NCBI GenBank assembly: GCA_051294375.1
Contig: CM119267.1
Location: 24,749,783-24,813,782 of the forward strand
Origin: Paraspadella gotoi
Lineage: Eukaryota > Animalia > Chaetognatha
DNA length: 64,000 bases
Direction: 5' to 3'
Below are positions 1-12,714 of the stretch, one piece after another; the stretch's first letter is position 1; each line of letters begins with the position of its first letter. The notes under the pieces are model-generated. The model worked only from the letters and a program-made list of their open reading frames with translations. It ran no database searches and was not told the DNA's origin. The position numbers were made by a program, and so were the translations under genes.

Positions 1-49
1 GGTGATTGCGATGCTGCTGATCTCATTGTGAAATCTCTCTCTCTTCTCT

Positions 50-97
<48 letters not shown>

Positions 98-552
98 TTT
101 ATAAAGAAATGAATCTTAAGCATCATTCACTTTTTTTAGTGAATATTTTTCACTGTAAAGATTTCCGTTTTGAGTTTTAACCGACTTCACTGTATCTCTT
201 TTGGTTTGGCACAAATTCTCAATCCCTCATTTAACCACGGCTACAGTCGTGACTTTTAGTCTCACTTTTTGATCAGTGGGTCCGTCCATCTATCACAGTT
301 CTTCAGATAGGGCGAAAAAGACAATCGAAATACACCATCTGTGGAACCAAATAAATCTGAAAGTACTTAGTCTGGAGGAGGGCCAAGGGGCGTTAGTAAA
401 AATTTTTTAAGGCCGTTTTTTTTTTTAAAAGGCTTTTAAAGTTAATAGGTTATTTTATTATAAGTTTTAGTTAATCTTTTTTATCAATTATGGAAAAAGT
501 AGAGACATTTTTTAAAATCTATATGTCAATATATATGTAGTCGGGCATTGCC

Positions 553-825
553 TAGGTTCACCCCGCTTATAAGCATGACACCTTCAGTCCTGACCCGGTG
601 GCTCATTGAGTAAAGCCATCAGCTCATGACCACTAGGTACCGGGTTCAATCCCAACCCGATGCCTACCCTGCGGGAAGCGTGAGGACGGCCGTAAGCCGT
701 CTTGGGGGCGTGGCAACCACTCAAGCCTGGTTCCACGCCCAGGACCCGTTCCATAGCTACTAAAGGGGGTTATAGAAGTTACGGATGGTCATCTTCAGCC
801 CACGTAGCGCCTTATCCACGTATAT
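553..825 (+). mobile_element. tRNA-derived SINE, family A (most intact copy)
   Basis: A-box-like TGGCTCATTGAG (~599) and B-box GGTTCAATCCC (~643), then a body ...gggggcgtggcaaccactcaagcctggttcc... that recurs at 7510, 10590, 12420, 23580 and 41520. Confidence 0.75.
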
Positions 826-986
826 ACATCGTAAGATTATACATAATAATAATTATAATATTATAATATATATATCAATATCTAAAAGCGGAGTGAGAGG
901 TCACTCCCAGTCTTCCACGACTTTTGGGTCTTTGTCATCTATCAAATCTTTCGTTACTGTCATCATTTTAATTTTTTCTGTCATTC

Positions 987-1035
<49 letters not shown>

Positions 1036-1539
1036 ACTCCCTGAGTGTCAGTTCCTAAAATTGTCTCGCCTATCTCCAATATCTTCGTCTCTGTCTCTGT
1101 CAAACTCGATATCTCGACCTCTTATGGACATTGAGGTCGCGGAAGACTTTTGAAACCAGATTGGGAGCACGGAAGGAAGGGCCCGAGGCATGGAAGGCAT
1201 GACTGGAGACATAGTTGCCAGGTTTATCGAGGCATGGAAAGCAGGACTACATGATAAGTAGGACTCTAGGAAAATTTAAGCGCAAGAAAAAACGTACGAA
1301 TTAGTTAAAACTTAAATCTTAAATCTCTCTAAATCTTAAATCTCTCTAAATCTTAAATCTAATCTTGTTTTCTTCATCATTTTCTTTTTCATATTTCCTA
1401 ATACTATTTCCCCTCTCCTTCTTTCTCCTCTTCTTTCCTCTCTTCTCCTTACCTTTCTCCTTCTTTCCTATCTCTTTCATTCCTCTTTCTTCCTTTCTCT
1501 CTCCTTTCCTCTCTCCTCTTTTCCTCTCTCCTACTTTCC

Positions 1540-1727
1540 TCTATCCTCCTTTTCTTTATCTCCTTTCCACTCTCCTCCTTCCCTCTCTCCTCCTTTCCTC
1601 TCTCCTCCTTTCCACTCTCCTCCTTCCCTCTCTCCTCCTTTCCTCTCTCCCTCTTCCCTCTCTCCTCCTTCCCTCTCTCCTCCTTTCCTCTCTCCTTCTT
1701 CCCTCTCTCCTCCTTTCCTCCCTTCCA
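1540..1727. repeat. 18-bp pyrimidine minisatellite
   Basis: Tandem units of the tccttccctctctcctcc type. Confidence 0.8.
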
Positions 1728-2388
1728 CTCAACAAAAAAATAAAAGATTAAAATTCGATCTCACAACAAAAAAATCATTGTTTGTCATTTTGTTTTTCTT
1801 TCTTTTTATTTTTCAGCCACCGTCGTCGCCGTCTTCTCGCCACCAGCGCCACCAACGGCGAGAAACGTCGCGAATGTCTGTACCTCGAGTTCTTAACATC
1901 TGTGCCTATCTCCTTCTAACCATCTCAATCCGTCTTAATCTTTTTAACTTATTTTCGATCTTCTTTTCATTTTTTACCCTTTTTTTATTCTTACCATACT
2001 CTCCACATTTTTCTTTCCCATCTTTTTTCCATCTTTTTCCCATTCCCTCCCATTTTTATTCCATCTTTTTTCCATCTTTTTCAATATCTGTGCCATCCCT
2101 TTCCCATCTTTTTTCCGTTCTCCCATTCTTCGATATTTACGTCATCTATTCCTCTTTTTTTTACCATCCATCTGTCTCCCTCTCTTTCCCACAGTTCCCA
2201 TTTTCTCCTCACTATTTCCATCTCCTTCCTTTTCAAACATCTCTTTTCCCGTCCTCTCTTCCCCCCTTTGTCCCATCTCCTTCCTTTTCAAACATCTATT
2301 TCCCCGTTATCTCTTCCCAACTTTTTCTCCCCGTATATCCGCCCCCCATCTGTACCTCCGCCGCCTGCGCCTGATTTGTCTTGATTGA

Positions 2389-2470
<82 letters not shown>

Positions 2471-3335
2471 CTTCTTCTCTCTACTTCAACTTTCACTCTT
2501 CGATTTTATTCTTTGTTATTCTTCCATTTTCTTTATTTTTATTCTTTTTTTTTCTTTAGTTTATTTCAATTATAAATTTTTGGGAAAAAATGATAAAAAT
2601 CTTTTGTTTTCATTCAATTACGAATTTAATTTCACTGAATTTTTAATCTTGAACGATGTAAAATTATGTCGTTTTTGAACGCATAATCGCATATATACAA
2701 TATTATACATAATACATCTCCTACTATCTGTCACAGTTTTACTTCTCTTTAGATCTTTATCTTCATCAATTTCATTTCTTTCTTTTTCTCATTCTTTCTC
2801 TTTCCTCTTTCCTCTTACTTATCTATATCTCCTTCCTCTTTCTCTTCTCTTTTACTTATCTATTTCTCCTTCCTCTCTCTCTTCTCTTTTACTTATCTAT
2901 TTCTCCTTCCTCTCTCTCTTCTCTTTTGTTTATCTCTTTCTCCTTCTTCTCTCTCTTCTCTTTTGTTTATCTCTTTCTCCTTCTTCTCTCTCTTCTCTTT
3001 TTCTTATCTATTTCTCCTTCCTCTCTCTCTTCTCTTTTTCTTCTCTCTTTTTTTCATCCTCTTCTCTATATTTTAATTCACGTCCGTTTATCAAGATTCT
3101 CACCTTTTTCTTCTTCAAGGTTTTTGCTTTAATATTCATCTCCTTTCTTTTTTCTTCCTTTTTCTTTATTTTCTCCTTTTCCTCTCTCTCTTCTCCCTTT
3201 TCCTTTATTATCTCCTTTTCCTCTTTCTATCCTCCCTCTTTCTGTCTTTCCTTTCCCCTCTGTCCTCCTCTTCTCTTTCTATCCTTCTATCCCTTCTTTA
3301 CCCCCATTAGTTATGTAAACGAATCTAATCAATTA

Positions 3336-3382
<47 letters not shown>

Positions 3383-3769
3383 CTTATCAGACGAGACTCG
3401 TTATTCTTCTTTTTTTGTCTTTTTTTTCAAATTTTGTCTTTTTTTTCTTTTTGTCTTTTTTGTCTTTTTTTTCTTGTTTTCTTTTTTTTCCCTTTTTTTT
3501 CTTTTTCCCTTTTTTATTTTTTTCTTTTTTTTATTTTTTTTCTCTTTTTTTTTTTCCTTTTTTTTTTCTTTATTTCTTTTTCTCTTTTTTTCTTTTTTCT
3601 TTCTTTGCATTTAATAACTTTTTTTTCTATCATTTTACGTTCCTTTTTTTCTTTCTTCTTTCTTTCTTCTTATTTCCATCTTTCTTTCCGTCTTTCTTTC
3701 CATCTTCTTTTTGATTCCCCGCGACTCTTGATGTCAAGTCAAGAGCAAAAACCAGAAAGTGTGTGATTT

Positions 3770-3813
<44 letters not shown>

Positions 3814-4756
3814 CTTTATTCTCCGGGCTCAACTTTTTTGAAAGTAAAATTTGAAAATTTTCAAAAATGTTAGTTTCAAAAGTTTCAATAGATCGTGAAA
3901 AAAATATAACGTTATGATCAAATGTGATTGGTTTTCACTTCTCAGGGTCCGGTTAACTGATCCGATGTTTCCCCTTTGATCTCCAAAACAAAATCATTTT
4001 TGTTACAGTCATTGAGTCTATGTACGAAACCGGAACTGAATTATTTTGCTTCCGTCTTCTCAGTAAATTAACACGAAAATATCAAATGACTTTGACTATT
4101 AATAAATATCTATTTCATTTAATACTAATATTTACCAATATTTTCAGCGGATTATGCTTACAGTAGAGCCAAACTTTGTCAATGGGGTGGGTCAGAAGTG
4201 TGATTTGGGAAACCTTTCCAAATAAAAACTTCATACATTTCTGAGAAAAAACTTTCAATGGAGCCAAAATTTTCTAAAATGGCAAGAAGCCATTAGTAAT
4301 TAGATTTTTTGTATATTTATTTATAGATAGAAAATGTCAAAAAAATTTTTTGGAATTTTTATTTTAAAAGCAGATTCAAATAGCTTATGAAAAGTTATCT
4401 ACACAAAGTATAATTTCTGTTTTTCAATATTTTGGATGATAAGGTGGTAAAAATTGAGAAAAACTTTGTAAAAAATCATCATCATCATCATCATCCGATG
4501 ATTTTAGCAGTTTTTACTAATTTTAGTAATAAACATCAAATTTTTAAAAAAAGTTGTAATTATATTTTTTGCTTAACTCTATCAGAATCAATTTAAAAAA
4601 CTTAAAATATCCCAAAAAAATTTTTGACATTATATAGCGATATAATAATATTAATTAGCAAATTACTCATGGTTCGGAACATTTTTGCAAAAAAATATTT
4701 TAATACCAATAATGGATTAGTTTAATTCTGTTCCCATTAAAATTTGAATTTGGTCG

Positions 4757-5450
4757 GCTACCGCTACTTACAGCAGATTCCGGCTCTACGATTCCCTTTG
4801 TCGGTCCGTCGGTCTCACCCCAAAATCTCGTCGGTAAGTCACTTAAATTATCAGAATTTCGAATTATGATAAATTATGGAGAGAGTTTGGTATTTGGCAA
4901 CAACAATTTATTTTTAGTAAGAAACGAACATGTTATGCAAAAAAATCGATGTCCGTCCGTCCGTCCGTCTGTCTGTCTCTCCGTCTGTCCGTCCGTCTCA
5001 CCTTAACTTTAAACGCCAATTACTCATGAGTGGATGGGGCGATTGACTTGAAATTTTGTATGTCAGTAGGAGAGTGTGTGATTTAGCTGGAAATCAAGTT
5101 TGGATGGAATCGTCCGAGTGAGTTTAAATGGAAAAAAACAAAAAAACCTGTTTTACTATTTGATTAGGTATTTTTAATATTAAATATAAATGAAAGCTGC
5201 ATTAATTAATCAATTAATTGATCAATCAATTAATCAATCAATCAATTAATTTATTAAACAATTAATCAATCAATCAACCAGTCAATAAATCAATCGTCGT
5301 GGGTGTGACCGTCGTCGTCTTCGTCATCATCGTTGCTTTACAACAAACAATACGGGATCTGAACAGATTATTTATTTATTTATTTATTTATTTAAATAAT
5401 TACCGCTAATGATCGTGGGCAGATCCGGCATTGTTTGCTCAAACTTGTAA
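4757..5450 (+). mobile_element. DINE-1/Helentron-associated (HINE)-like non-autonomous element
   Basis: 5' cttacagcagattccggc, internal (GTCY)n tract at ~4951-4997, 3' gggcagatccggcattgtttgctcaaacttgt. The same architecture recurs elsewhere in the window. Confidence 0.7.
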
Positions 5451-5843
5451 TAAGTTTTCCTTCAAAGTCTCTCGCGATTCTAAAATCTTTATCTAAATTT
5501 AGACGCGAACTTTTTTTTTCAAAGTTTAAAAAGGAAATTTTGAAAAAAATTTAAAGATTTGATTTTCCATGAAGATTTGGGTGTGTGTGTGTGTGTGTGT
5601 GTGAATGTGAGTGTGGGAATTTCTTTCAAACTTCGGTCATGTGAAGAAAAGGAGGAAGAGGAGGAGGAGAAAGGAAGGAAGAAAACGACGACGATTCGGA
5701 TGAGTAGTTAAAAGGTAAAATAAATGATTCAAATTGAGGTTTGTGACAGTCACTGACATTTTGTCAGAAGGTCATCACAAATATAAATTATGTCATTTAC
5801 CGCTACAATTACCTTTAAGGTTCAACGCAAGCTTTCAGTTGAG

Positions 5844-5844
<1 letters not shown>

Positions 5845-5931
<87 letters not shown>
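5845..5931. repeat. (TTA)n microsatellite
   Basis: Perfect trinucleotide run. Confidence 0.95.
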
Positions 5932-5962
5932 GGCGTGGGTTCGAATCGAACCGCTGCCACCA
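5932..5962 (+). pseudogene. tRNA-Leu 3' fragment including CCA
   Basis: GGCGTGGGTTCGAATCGAACCGCTGCCA-CCA resembles the eukaryotic tRNA-Leu 3' end GGCGTGGGTTCGAATCCCACCGCTGCCA. The T-stem is disrupted and no 5' half is present. Confidence 0.65.
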
Positions 5963-6095
5963 TATTTAATGAAAAACTCATGGATTTCTTGGATGAAACA
6001 GAACGAGATTTATTCTGTGAATAATAAAGTGACGGTGAGACACACACACAGGAGTCCAGATCAATTCTACTGAAACTAAGGAAAGCTAAGGAAAG

Positions 6096-6132
6096 CTGAT
6101 TGGTCGATGCCAGTTCCTCCTCAACCAATCAC
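6096..6132. promoter_or_regulatory. Pair of oppositely oriented NF-Y CCAAT boxes
   Basis: ctgattggtc (6096-6105) and aaccaatcac (6123-6132), both matching RRCCAATCA. Confidence 0.35.
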
Positions 6133-7294
6133 AATCCTGTGATTCAGATTCTGCGGAGTTTACCCGATCCTCCGATCCGATTTCACTTTAGGTGAGGCTG
6201 AGTCTCCGGCGATGTAAAAAAAGAAAATCGCCAGCTGCTTTCTTTAAAAATTCTAACGCCCGCTATGAAATTATTTTTCTCCCTCTGTTCAAACGCCGAT
6301 CACAAAAACTTTACCTTAATTGAAATTTTTGTTTTCTTTTGTTTTCTTTACAAATATAAACCAAAGTTTTTCCTATCTCTCTCTCGCCCCTATAAAAATG
6401 TATGCCATATTGTACAATTCTGACAAATCGATTCATCTCATTTTGTTCGCCATTTTTTATCTCGTTTACCTCCTCTTTTTCTTCAGCATCAAAAAGTGTA
6501 TCAAAATCGGCGGTCAAACCAAATCCAGGCACAATATAAAAGCCATTTATAATCAAAACGAAAAAGTAATATATTATATCAATATTTCGATGACGATATA
6601 CAACCAGACGCAAACCTTAGATATTCAATATGCACGTCGTCGTCGTCGTCGTCGTCGTTGTCATCTTCATCGACTCCCATTGTCTCGTTGTCAAGATTTC
6701 TGGAGTCGCATCGGCATCTAATCATCCTCTTCCTCCTCCTCCTCCTCTTCCTCATCCATATAATTCTCTACTTCCATCTTTTCTTTTCTTCTTTCTTTAT
6801 TTTCCTTGTTCTTCCTTTTCCTATATTTTCCTACCTTTGCTTCTAATATCTTCCCCTTTTTTTTCCCAAACTTTCTTATCTTTCGTCCCATAACATCTTC
6901 AGTTCACTTTCTCTTCTCCCCTCTTTTCTCTTTTCTCATCAGTTCTCAATCTCTCTCTCTCTCGCTCCTTTTACCACCTTAAACAGTTTATTAAGATTTT
7001 TTTAAAAAGTGAAAAAAAAAAAGATTACATTTAAGACTATAATGAAACCAGTTGAAATCTCCAATCAACTTCTTTTCGATTGACCTCCATTTCTATTATT
7101 TATTTATCCTCTTACCGGCTCTCTTTTCCAAAAGCCCCCCATTCCTTTTACCGGCTCTCTTTTCCAAAAGCCCCCCATTCTTCTTCCATGAACTTGATTT
7201 CGACTTTATAATTTAATCCTCATCTAATCTCAATCTCCCTTAGCCCTTATCTTTAACTTAAGCTATTCCTTCCTTTTTTCCCTCGCTTTGAATC

Positions 7295-7437
7295 ATGGGT
7301 CACTCTCTTTCCCAGGGAGTTCGATTTCATCCAAGAATCCTAGGTCGCTCCCTTACCCTGGGGGTACGATTGTTCCCAGACAGAAAGGTCACTCCCTTCC
7401 CCAGGGGGTGCGATTTCTTCCAAGACTTCTGGGTCAA
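7295..7437. repeat. Degenerate ~45-bp tandem repeat, 3 copies
   Basis: Units begin ggtc(a/g)ctc and contain ggg(a/g)gtNcgatt. Confidence 0.6.
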
Positions 7438-7509
7438 CCCATGTTCCGTGTCTCTTCAACAAGATTGAAGATCAGGTGATCCAAAGATTCCGTTTTCCTT
7501 CAGTCTTTG

Positions 7510-7586
7510 AACCCGGTGACTCATTGAGTACAAACCATCAGCTCATGACCGAGGTACTGGGTAAAGAGCTCACCAAGCCTGGTTCC
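7510..7586 (+). mobile_element. SINE family A, internally deleted fragment
   Basis: acccggtgactcattgagta...cagctcatgacc...caagcctggttcc matches parts of the 553-825 copy. Confidence 0.65.
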
Positions 7587-7979
7587 AATTTTCTAAAGGA
7601 AATTCTTCAGCTCTTCATCCATCTTTGCGCTTTATTTGTCCTTTTCTTTGAAAGCCCTTTTCGCCAATTTGATATCCGATATCTGATTCGATCAGAATTC
7701 ATCGTCAATTACCACTTGCACTCCTTTGACTCTCCAAAACCCTCGAAACAGCAGCACTCCCTCGATTTTTAACACTCCGGAGAATTTTCCTCTTTCCTCT
7801 CCCCCCCCCCCAACGTTCAACACTCCTTCACTCCACACTCCACACTCCCAACTATTGGGGCGACGAATCATCGCCACTCCTTCTCTCACCCCACACACGA
7901 TTGGATCTTTCACCCCTTAACACCCTTGGGTCTTTGAAGGGGGGGACATCATCTCCCTCTTGTAATCACGTCATCGGCT

Positions 7980-8012
<33 letters not shown>

Positions 8013-8367
8013 TTCTCTTTACAAGACCGGCGTCGCGCATACGAATGCTTGCAAATGGCTTTCATCTCTCTCTCCTCTCTCTCTCTCTCTCTCTTCGTCT
8101 CCTTCTCTCTCTCTCTCTCTCTCCTCTCTCTATCTCTCCGCGGCCGTGGAGAGGCGTTTTTCTGCTTGTCGCCCCTGCTTGGTTTTACGGTGGATTGAAA
8201 CTCAAAATTTCATTGTCGTCGTCGTCGTCGTCGTCGTCCGTCCATCCTTCGTGACACGGAAGAAAAGATGGATGAGAGGAACACGAAACGTGGGAGGGAG
8301 AGAGAGAGAGAGAGAGGAGAAAGAGAGAGGAAGAGAGAGAGAGGATGAGAGAGAGAGAGAGAAGAGA

Positions 8368-8408
<41 letters not shown>

Positions 8409-8507
8409 TATCTCGCCTCTTTTTTCAATTAGAAATAAAACTAAGTTATTTAAATTGATAAAATAAAATGGTCAATTAAAAAATTTTGAAAATAAAAGTT
8501 TTAAAAC

Positions 8508-8848
8508 AATATTTATATCGATTTAGCAAAAATTCAATAAAGCGAGTGATCGATTAAGCAAAAAGTCAATATAGCGAGTGATTTATTTAGCAAAATGTCA
8601 ATATAGCGAGTGATTGATTTAGCAAAATGTCAACATAGCGAGTGATCGATTTAGCAAAAAGTCAATATAGCGAGTGATCGATTTAGCGAGAAGTCAATAT
8701 AGTTAGTGATCGATTTAGCGTAAAGTCAATATAGCAAGTGATCGATTAAGCAATAAGTCAATATAGCGAGTGATCCATTTAGCATAAAGCAATATAGCGA
8801 GTGATCCATTTAGCGTACAGTCAATATAGCAAGTGATCCAATTTATCG
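8508..8848. repeat. 32-bp minisatellite, about 10 copies
   Basis: Unit gtcaatatagcgagtgatcgatttagcaaaaa. Confidence 0.9.
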
Positions 8849-9064
8849 TGTACCCGGTACAGTGTAATAAATTTAATCGGTGCAAAGTTGCAGTTAGTAT
8901 TTAGCGCAGAAAGAAAACCAACTTTTAAGTCCTGTTTGCTCTCGCCGCCGCCGCAGCCGCCGACGCCGCAGTCGCTGCCGCCGCCGCAGCCAACGTCTCC
9001 ATCGACATCGTCAGCCGCGAGTTTTTTCTGTCTTTTATTGTTTCTCTCATTTGCTGAGAGAGAG

Positions 9065-9119
<55 letters not shown>

Positions 9120-9233
9120 GCAACACTCTCTCCTTTGTAACCTTTTCCTAACGCTCTGCCTCCCTTTGTCTCCCTCCTCCTTTTCTCTCTTCTCAATCTG
9201 GGATCGAAAGGAACCCGTCCCGCCATAAGATCT

Positions 9234-9292
<59 letters not shown>

Positions 9293-9618
9293 CTCCATCA
9301 AGCAACGTCTTAATCTTCTTCATTTTTTTCTTCTTACTTCTCTTCTCTGTCTCGATTTTTGATACAAAACATTTTTTATTCCTTTTTTTCCTTTTTTTCT
9401 TTTTTATTCTCTCCCTTCTCCCCTTTTTTTCCTTTCTTTTTCTTCCTTTTCTGTCTTTTATTTTCTTAGATGCAAAAAAGATTTTTTTCCCTTTCAATTC
9501 TCGGTTCTGCTACGAGTCCCCAGCGGCAGAGAAAATGAACCATTTACATAAAATTCTTACTTTGGCAGAAAAAAAGTCTTTTTGAAAGAAAAAAAGAGAC
9601 GACTGTGTATAAAGGTGA

Positions 9619-9668
<50 letters not shown>

Positions 9669-9856
9669 GAGAAGAGAGAGAGAGAGCGGCAGAAATTTGC
9701 TTTTTCTCCAAATATAAGAAGGCAAGGAAAAAAAAGATAGTTTAACTCATATTTATACGTAGTTTTCATGTCATTACTTGCTTAATTAAATTTTAACTAA
9801 AAAAAAAAAATAACGGTAAAATTTTACTTTCGCCGACTGGAGTTTTGGCTTCTTTT

Positions 9857-10541
9857 AAAACAAGTTTGAGCAAACAATGCCGGATCTGCCCACGATCATT
9901 AGCGGTAAGCAGCTGATCAGATAATTAATTAATTAATTAATATTAATTTTTTTTATTCGTGTCAAAATCGTTTTCCACTTTGTCTCGCCTCTCAATCACA
10001 AAACAACAAATCTCGATCAGCAGCTTGAAATTTACATTTAGTATAAGAATAAAAAAAGCATAATCAAATAGTGAAATAGATTGTTAGTTTTTCCCATTTT
10101 AACTCATTCCCACTTGGACGATTCCATCGTAACTTTATTTCCTGTTCAATGACACACTTCCTACCCACATAAAAAATTTGAAGTCAATCGCCCAAGCACT
10201 CATTAGTAATTGGTGTTCAAATAATAATTTTTTTTTTTTCATTTTAACCCATTTCCACACGGACGATTCCATCGAAACTTGATTTCCAGCTCAATCACAC
10301 ACTTTCCCACCCACATACAAAATTTCATTCCAATCCATCCATCAAATCACGAGTAATTGGTGTTTTTTTGCTAAGGTAGGACGACGGACAGACAGACATT
10401 GGACATCTTTTTTTACATAATTTATCATAATTCAATGTTCTGACATGATATTAATGAAGGCCTGAGAAGATTGGGTTGCGGACCACACGGACAGACAAAG
10501 TGAATTATAGAGCCGGAATCTGCTGTAAGCAGATCCGGCTA
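9857..10541 (-). mobile_element. DINE-1/HINE-like element (duplicate of 11682-12372)
   Basis: 5' hairpin at 10512-10539, GTCY tract, 3' subterminal inverted repeat near 9879. Confidence 0.7.
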
Positions 10542-10589
10542 AAAACTACTACTTAAAATAAATATTAACTATTACCTAACCGAAGTCGG

Positions 10590-10842
10590 CGAAAGTGTGG
10601 GAAGACGCTAAGTGAGCTGAGACTACTATCTGTATCTTCTGTGCCGTGACAGCAGCAATGGAACGGGTCCTGGGCTTGGAACCAGACTTGAGGGTTCCCA
10701 CGCCCCAAAGCAGTTTAGGGCCGTCCCCACGCTTTTCACAGGGTATGTACCGGGTTGAGATTGAACTGGTTATCTCAGTGGTCATGAGTTCTTGGCTTTG
10801 ACATACTTATGTATTGCTATATCAGTGCTTATAGGCGGTGAC
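10590..10842 (-). mobile_element. SINE family A (duplicate of 12420-12680, noisy)
   Basis: Reverse-complement match to the 553-825 copy. Confidence 0.65.
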
Positions 10843-11094
10843 TACAAAAGTAAAATATATGCCAAATCGACAATAATTTGTGCTAATCAGCAGATCCCGA
10901 CTTTAATATTCACTTTGTCGGTCCGTTGGTCCCCCCCCTCAATCTTGTCGGGCATTCACATATATCATGTCAGAATATTGAATTATGATAAATTATGCAA
11001 AAATAAATATGATGTCCGTCTGTCTGTCTATCTGGTTGTCTCGTCCAACCCACCTTATCATCTCTCTTANNNNNNNNNNNNNNNNNNNNNNNNN

Positions 11095-11132
<38 letters not shown>

Positions 11133-11450
11133 AAGCAACGTCTTAATTCTTCTTCATTTTTTTCTTCTTCTTTTCTCTTCTTGTCTCGATTTTTGATACA
11201 AAACATTTTTTATCCTTTTTTTCCTTTTTTTCTTTTTTATTTCTCTCCCTTCTCCCCTTTTTTTTCCTTTCTTTTTCTTCCTTTTCTGTCTTTTTATTTT
11301 CTTAGATGCAAAAAGATTTTTTCCCTTTCAATTCTCGGTTCTGCTACGAGTCCCCAGCGGCAGAGAAAATGAACCATTTACATAAATTCTTACTTTGGCA
11401 GAAAAAAAGTCTTTTTGAAAGAAAAAAAGAGACGTGTGTATAAAAGGTGA

Positions 11451-11513
<63 letters not shown>

Positions 11514-11681
11514 GCAGAAATTTGCTTTTTCTCCAAATATAAGAAGGCAAGGAAAAAAAAGATAGTTTAACTCATATTTATACGTAGTTTTCATGTCATT
11601 ACTTGCTTAATTAAATTTTAACTAAAAAAAAAAAATAACGGTAAAATTTTACTTTCGCCGACTGGAGTTTTGGCTTCTTTT

Positions 11682-12372
11682 AAAACAAGTTTGAGCAAAC
11701 AATGCCGGATCTGCCCACGATCATTAGCGGTAAGCAGCTGATCAGATAATTAATTAATTAATTAATATTAATTTTTTTTATTCGTGTCAAAATCGTTTTC
11801 CACTTTGTCTCGCCTCTCAATCACAAAACAACAATCTCGATCAGCAGCTTGAAATTTACATTTAGTATAAGAATAAAAAAAGCATAATCAAATAGTGAAA
11901 TAGATTGTTAGTTTTTCCCATTTTAACTCATTCCCACTTGGACGATTCCATCGTAACTTTATTTCCTGTTCAATGACACACTTTCCTACCCACATAAAAA
12001 ATTTGAAGTCAATCGCCCCAAGCACTCATTAGTAATTGGTGTTCAAATAATAATTTTTTTTTTTTCATTTTAACCCATTTCCACACGGACGATTCCATCG
12101 AAACTTGATTTCCAGCTCAATCACACACTTTCCCACCCACATACAAAATTTCATTCCAATCCATCCATCAAATCACGAGTAATTGGTGTTTTTTTGCTAA
12201 GGTAGGACGGACGGACAGACAGACATATGGACATCTTTTTTTTACATAATTTATCATAATTCAATGTTCTGACATGATATTAATGAAGGCCTGAGAAGAT
12301 TGGGGTTGCGGACCAACGGACAGACAAAGTGAATTATAGAGCCGGAATCTGCTGTAAGCAGATCCGGCTAAA
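11682..12372 (-). mobile_element. DINE-1/HINE-like element
   Basis: Read on the minus strand: T-run, hairpin GCCGGATCTGC-ttaca-GCAGATTCCGGC (12341-12368), GTCY microsatellite, 3' subTIR GCAGATCCGGC (11704-11714), T-rich end. Confidence 0.75.
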
Positions 12373-12419
12373 AACTACTACTTAGAAATAAATATTAACT
12401 ATTACCTAACCGAAGTCGG

Positions 12420-12680
12420 CGAAAGTGTGGAGAAGACGCTAAGTGAGCTGATGACTACTATCTGTATCTTCTGTGCCGTGACAGCAGCAATGGAACGGGT
12501 CCTGGGCTTGGAACCAGACTTGAGGGTTCCCCACGCCCCCAAAGCAGTTTAGGGCCGTCCCCACGCTTTTCACAGGGTATGTACCGGGTTGAGATTGAAC
12601 CTGGTACCTAGTGGTCATGAGTTCTTGGCTTTACTAAATGAGCCACTGCACTGGGTATTATGCTTATAGGCGGGGTGACT
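12420..12680 (-). mobile_element. SINE family A
   Basis: Reverse-complement match to 553-825, with A-box tggctcatttag and B-box ggttcaatctc. Confidence 0.7.
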
Positions 12681-12714
12681 ACAAAAGTAAAATTATGCCA
12701 AATCGACAATAAAT

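Noticed and set aside
1365-3766. Long Phe/Leu/Ser-rich ORFs, and the many similar LSLSLS/ERERER ORFs across the window
   Set aside because: Translations of pyrimidine tracts and (CT/GA)n microsatellites, with no domain or splice support
8508-8848. 32-bp repeat array as a CRISPR-like array
   Set aside because: Units are directly adjacent with no unique spacers, the context is eukaryotic, and no cas genes are present
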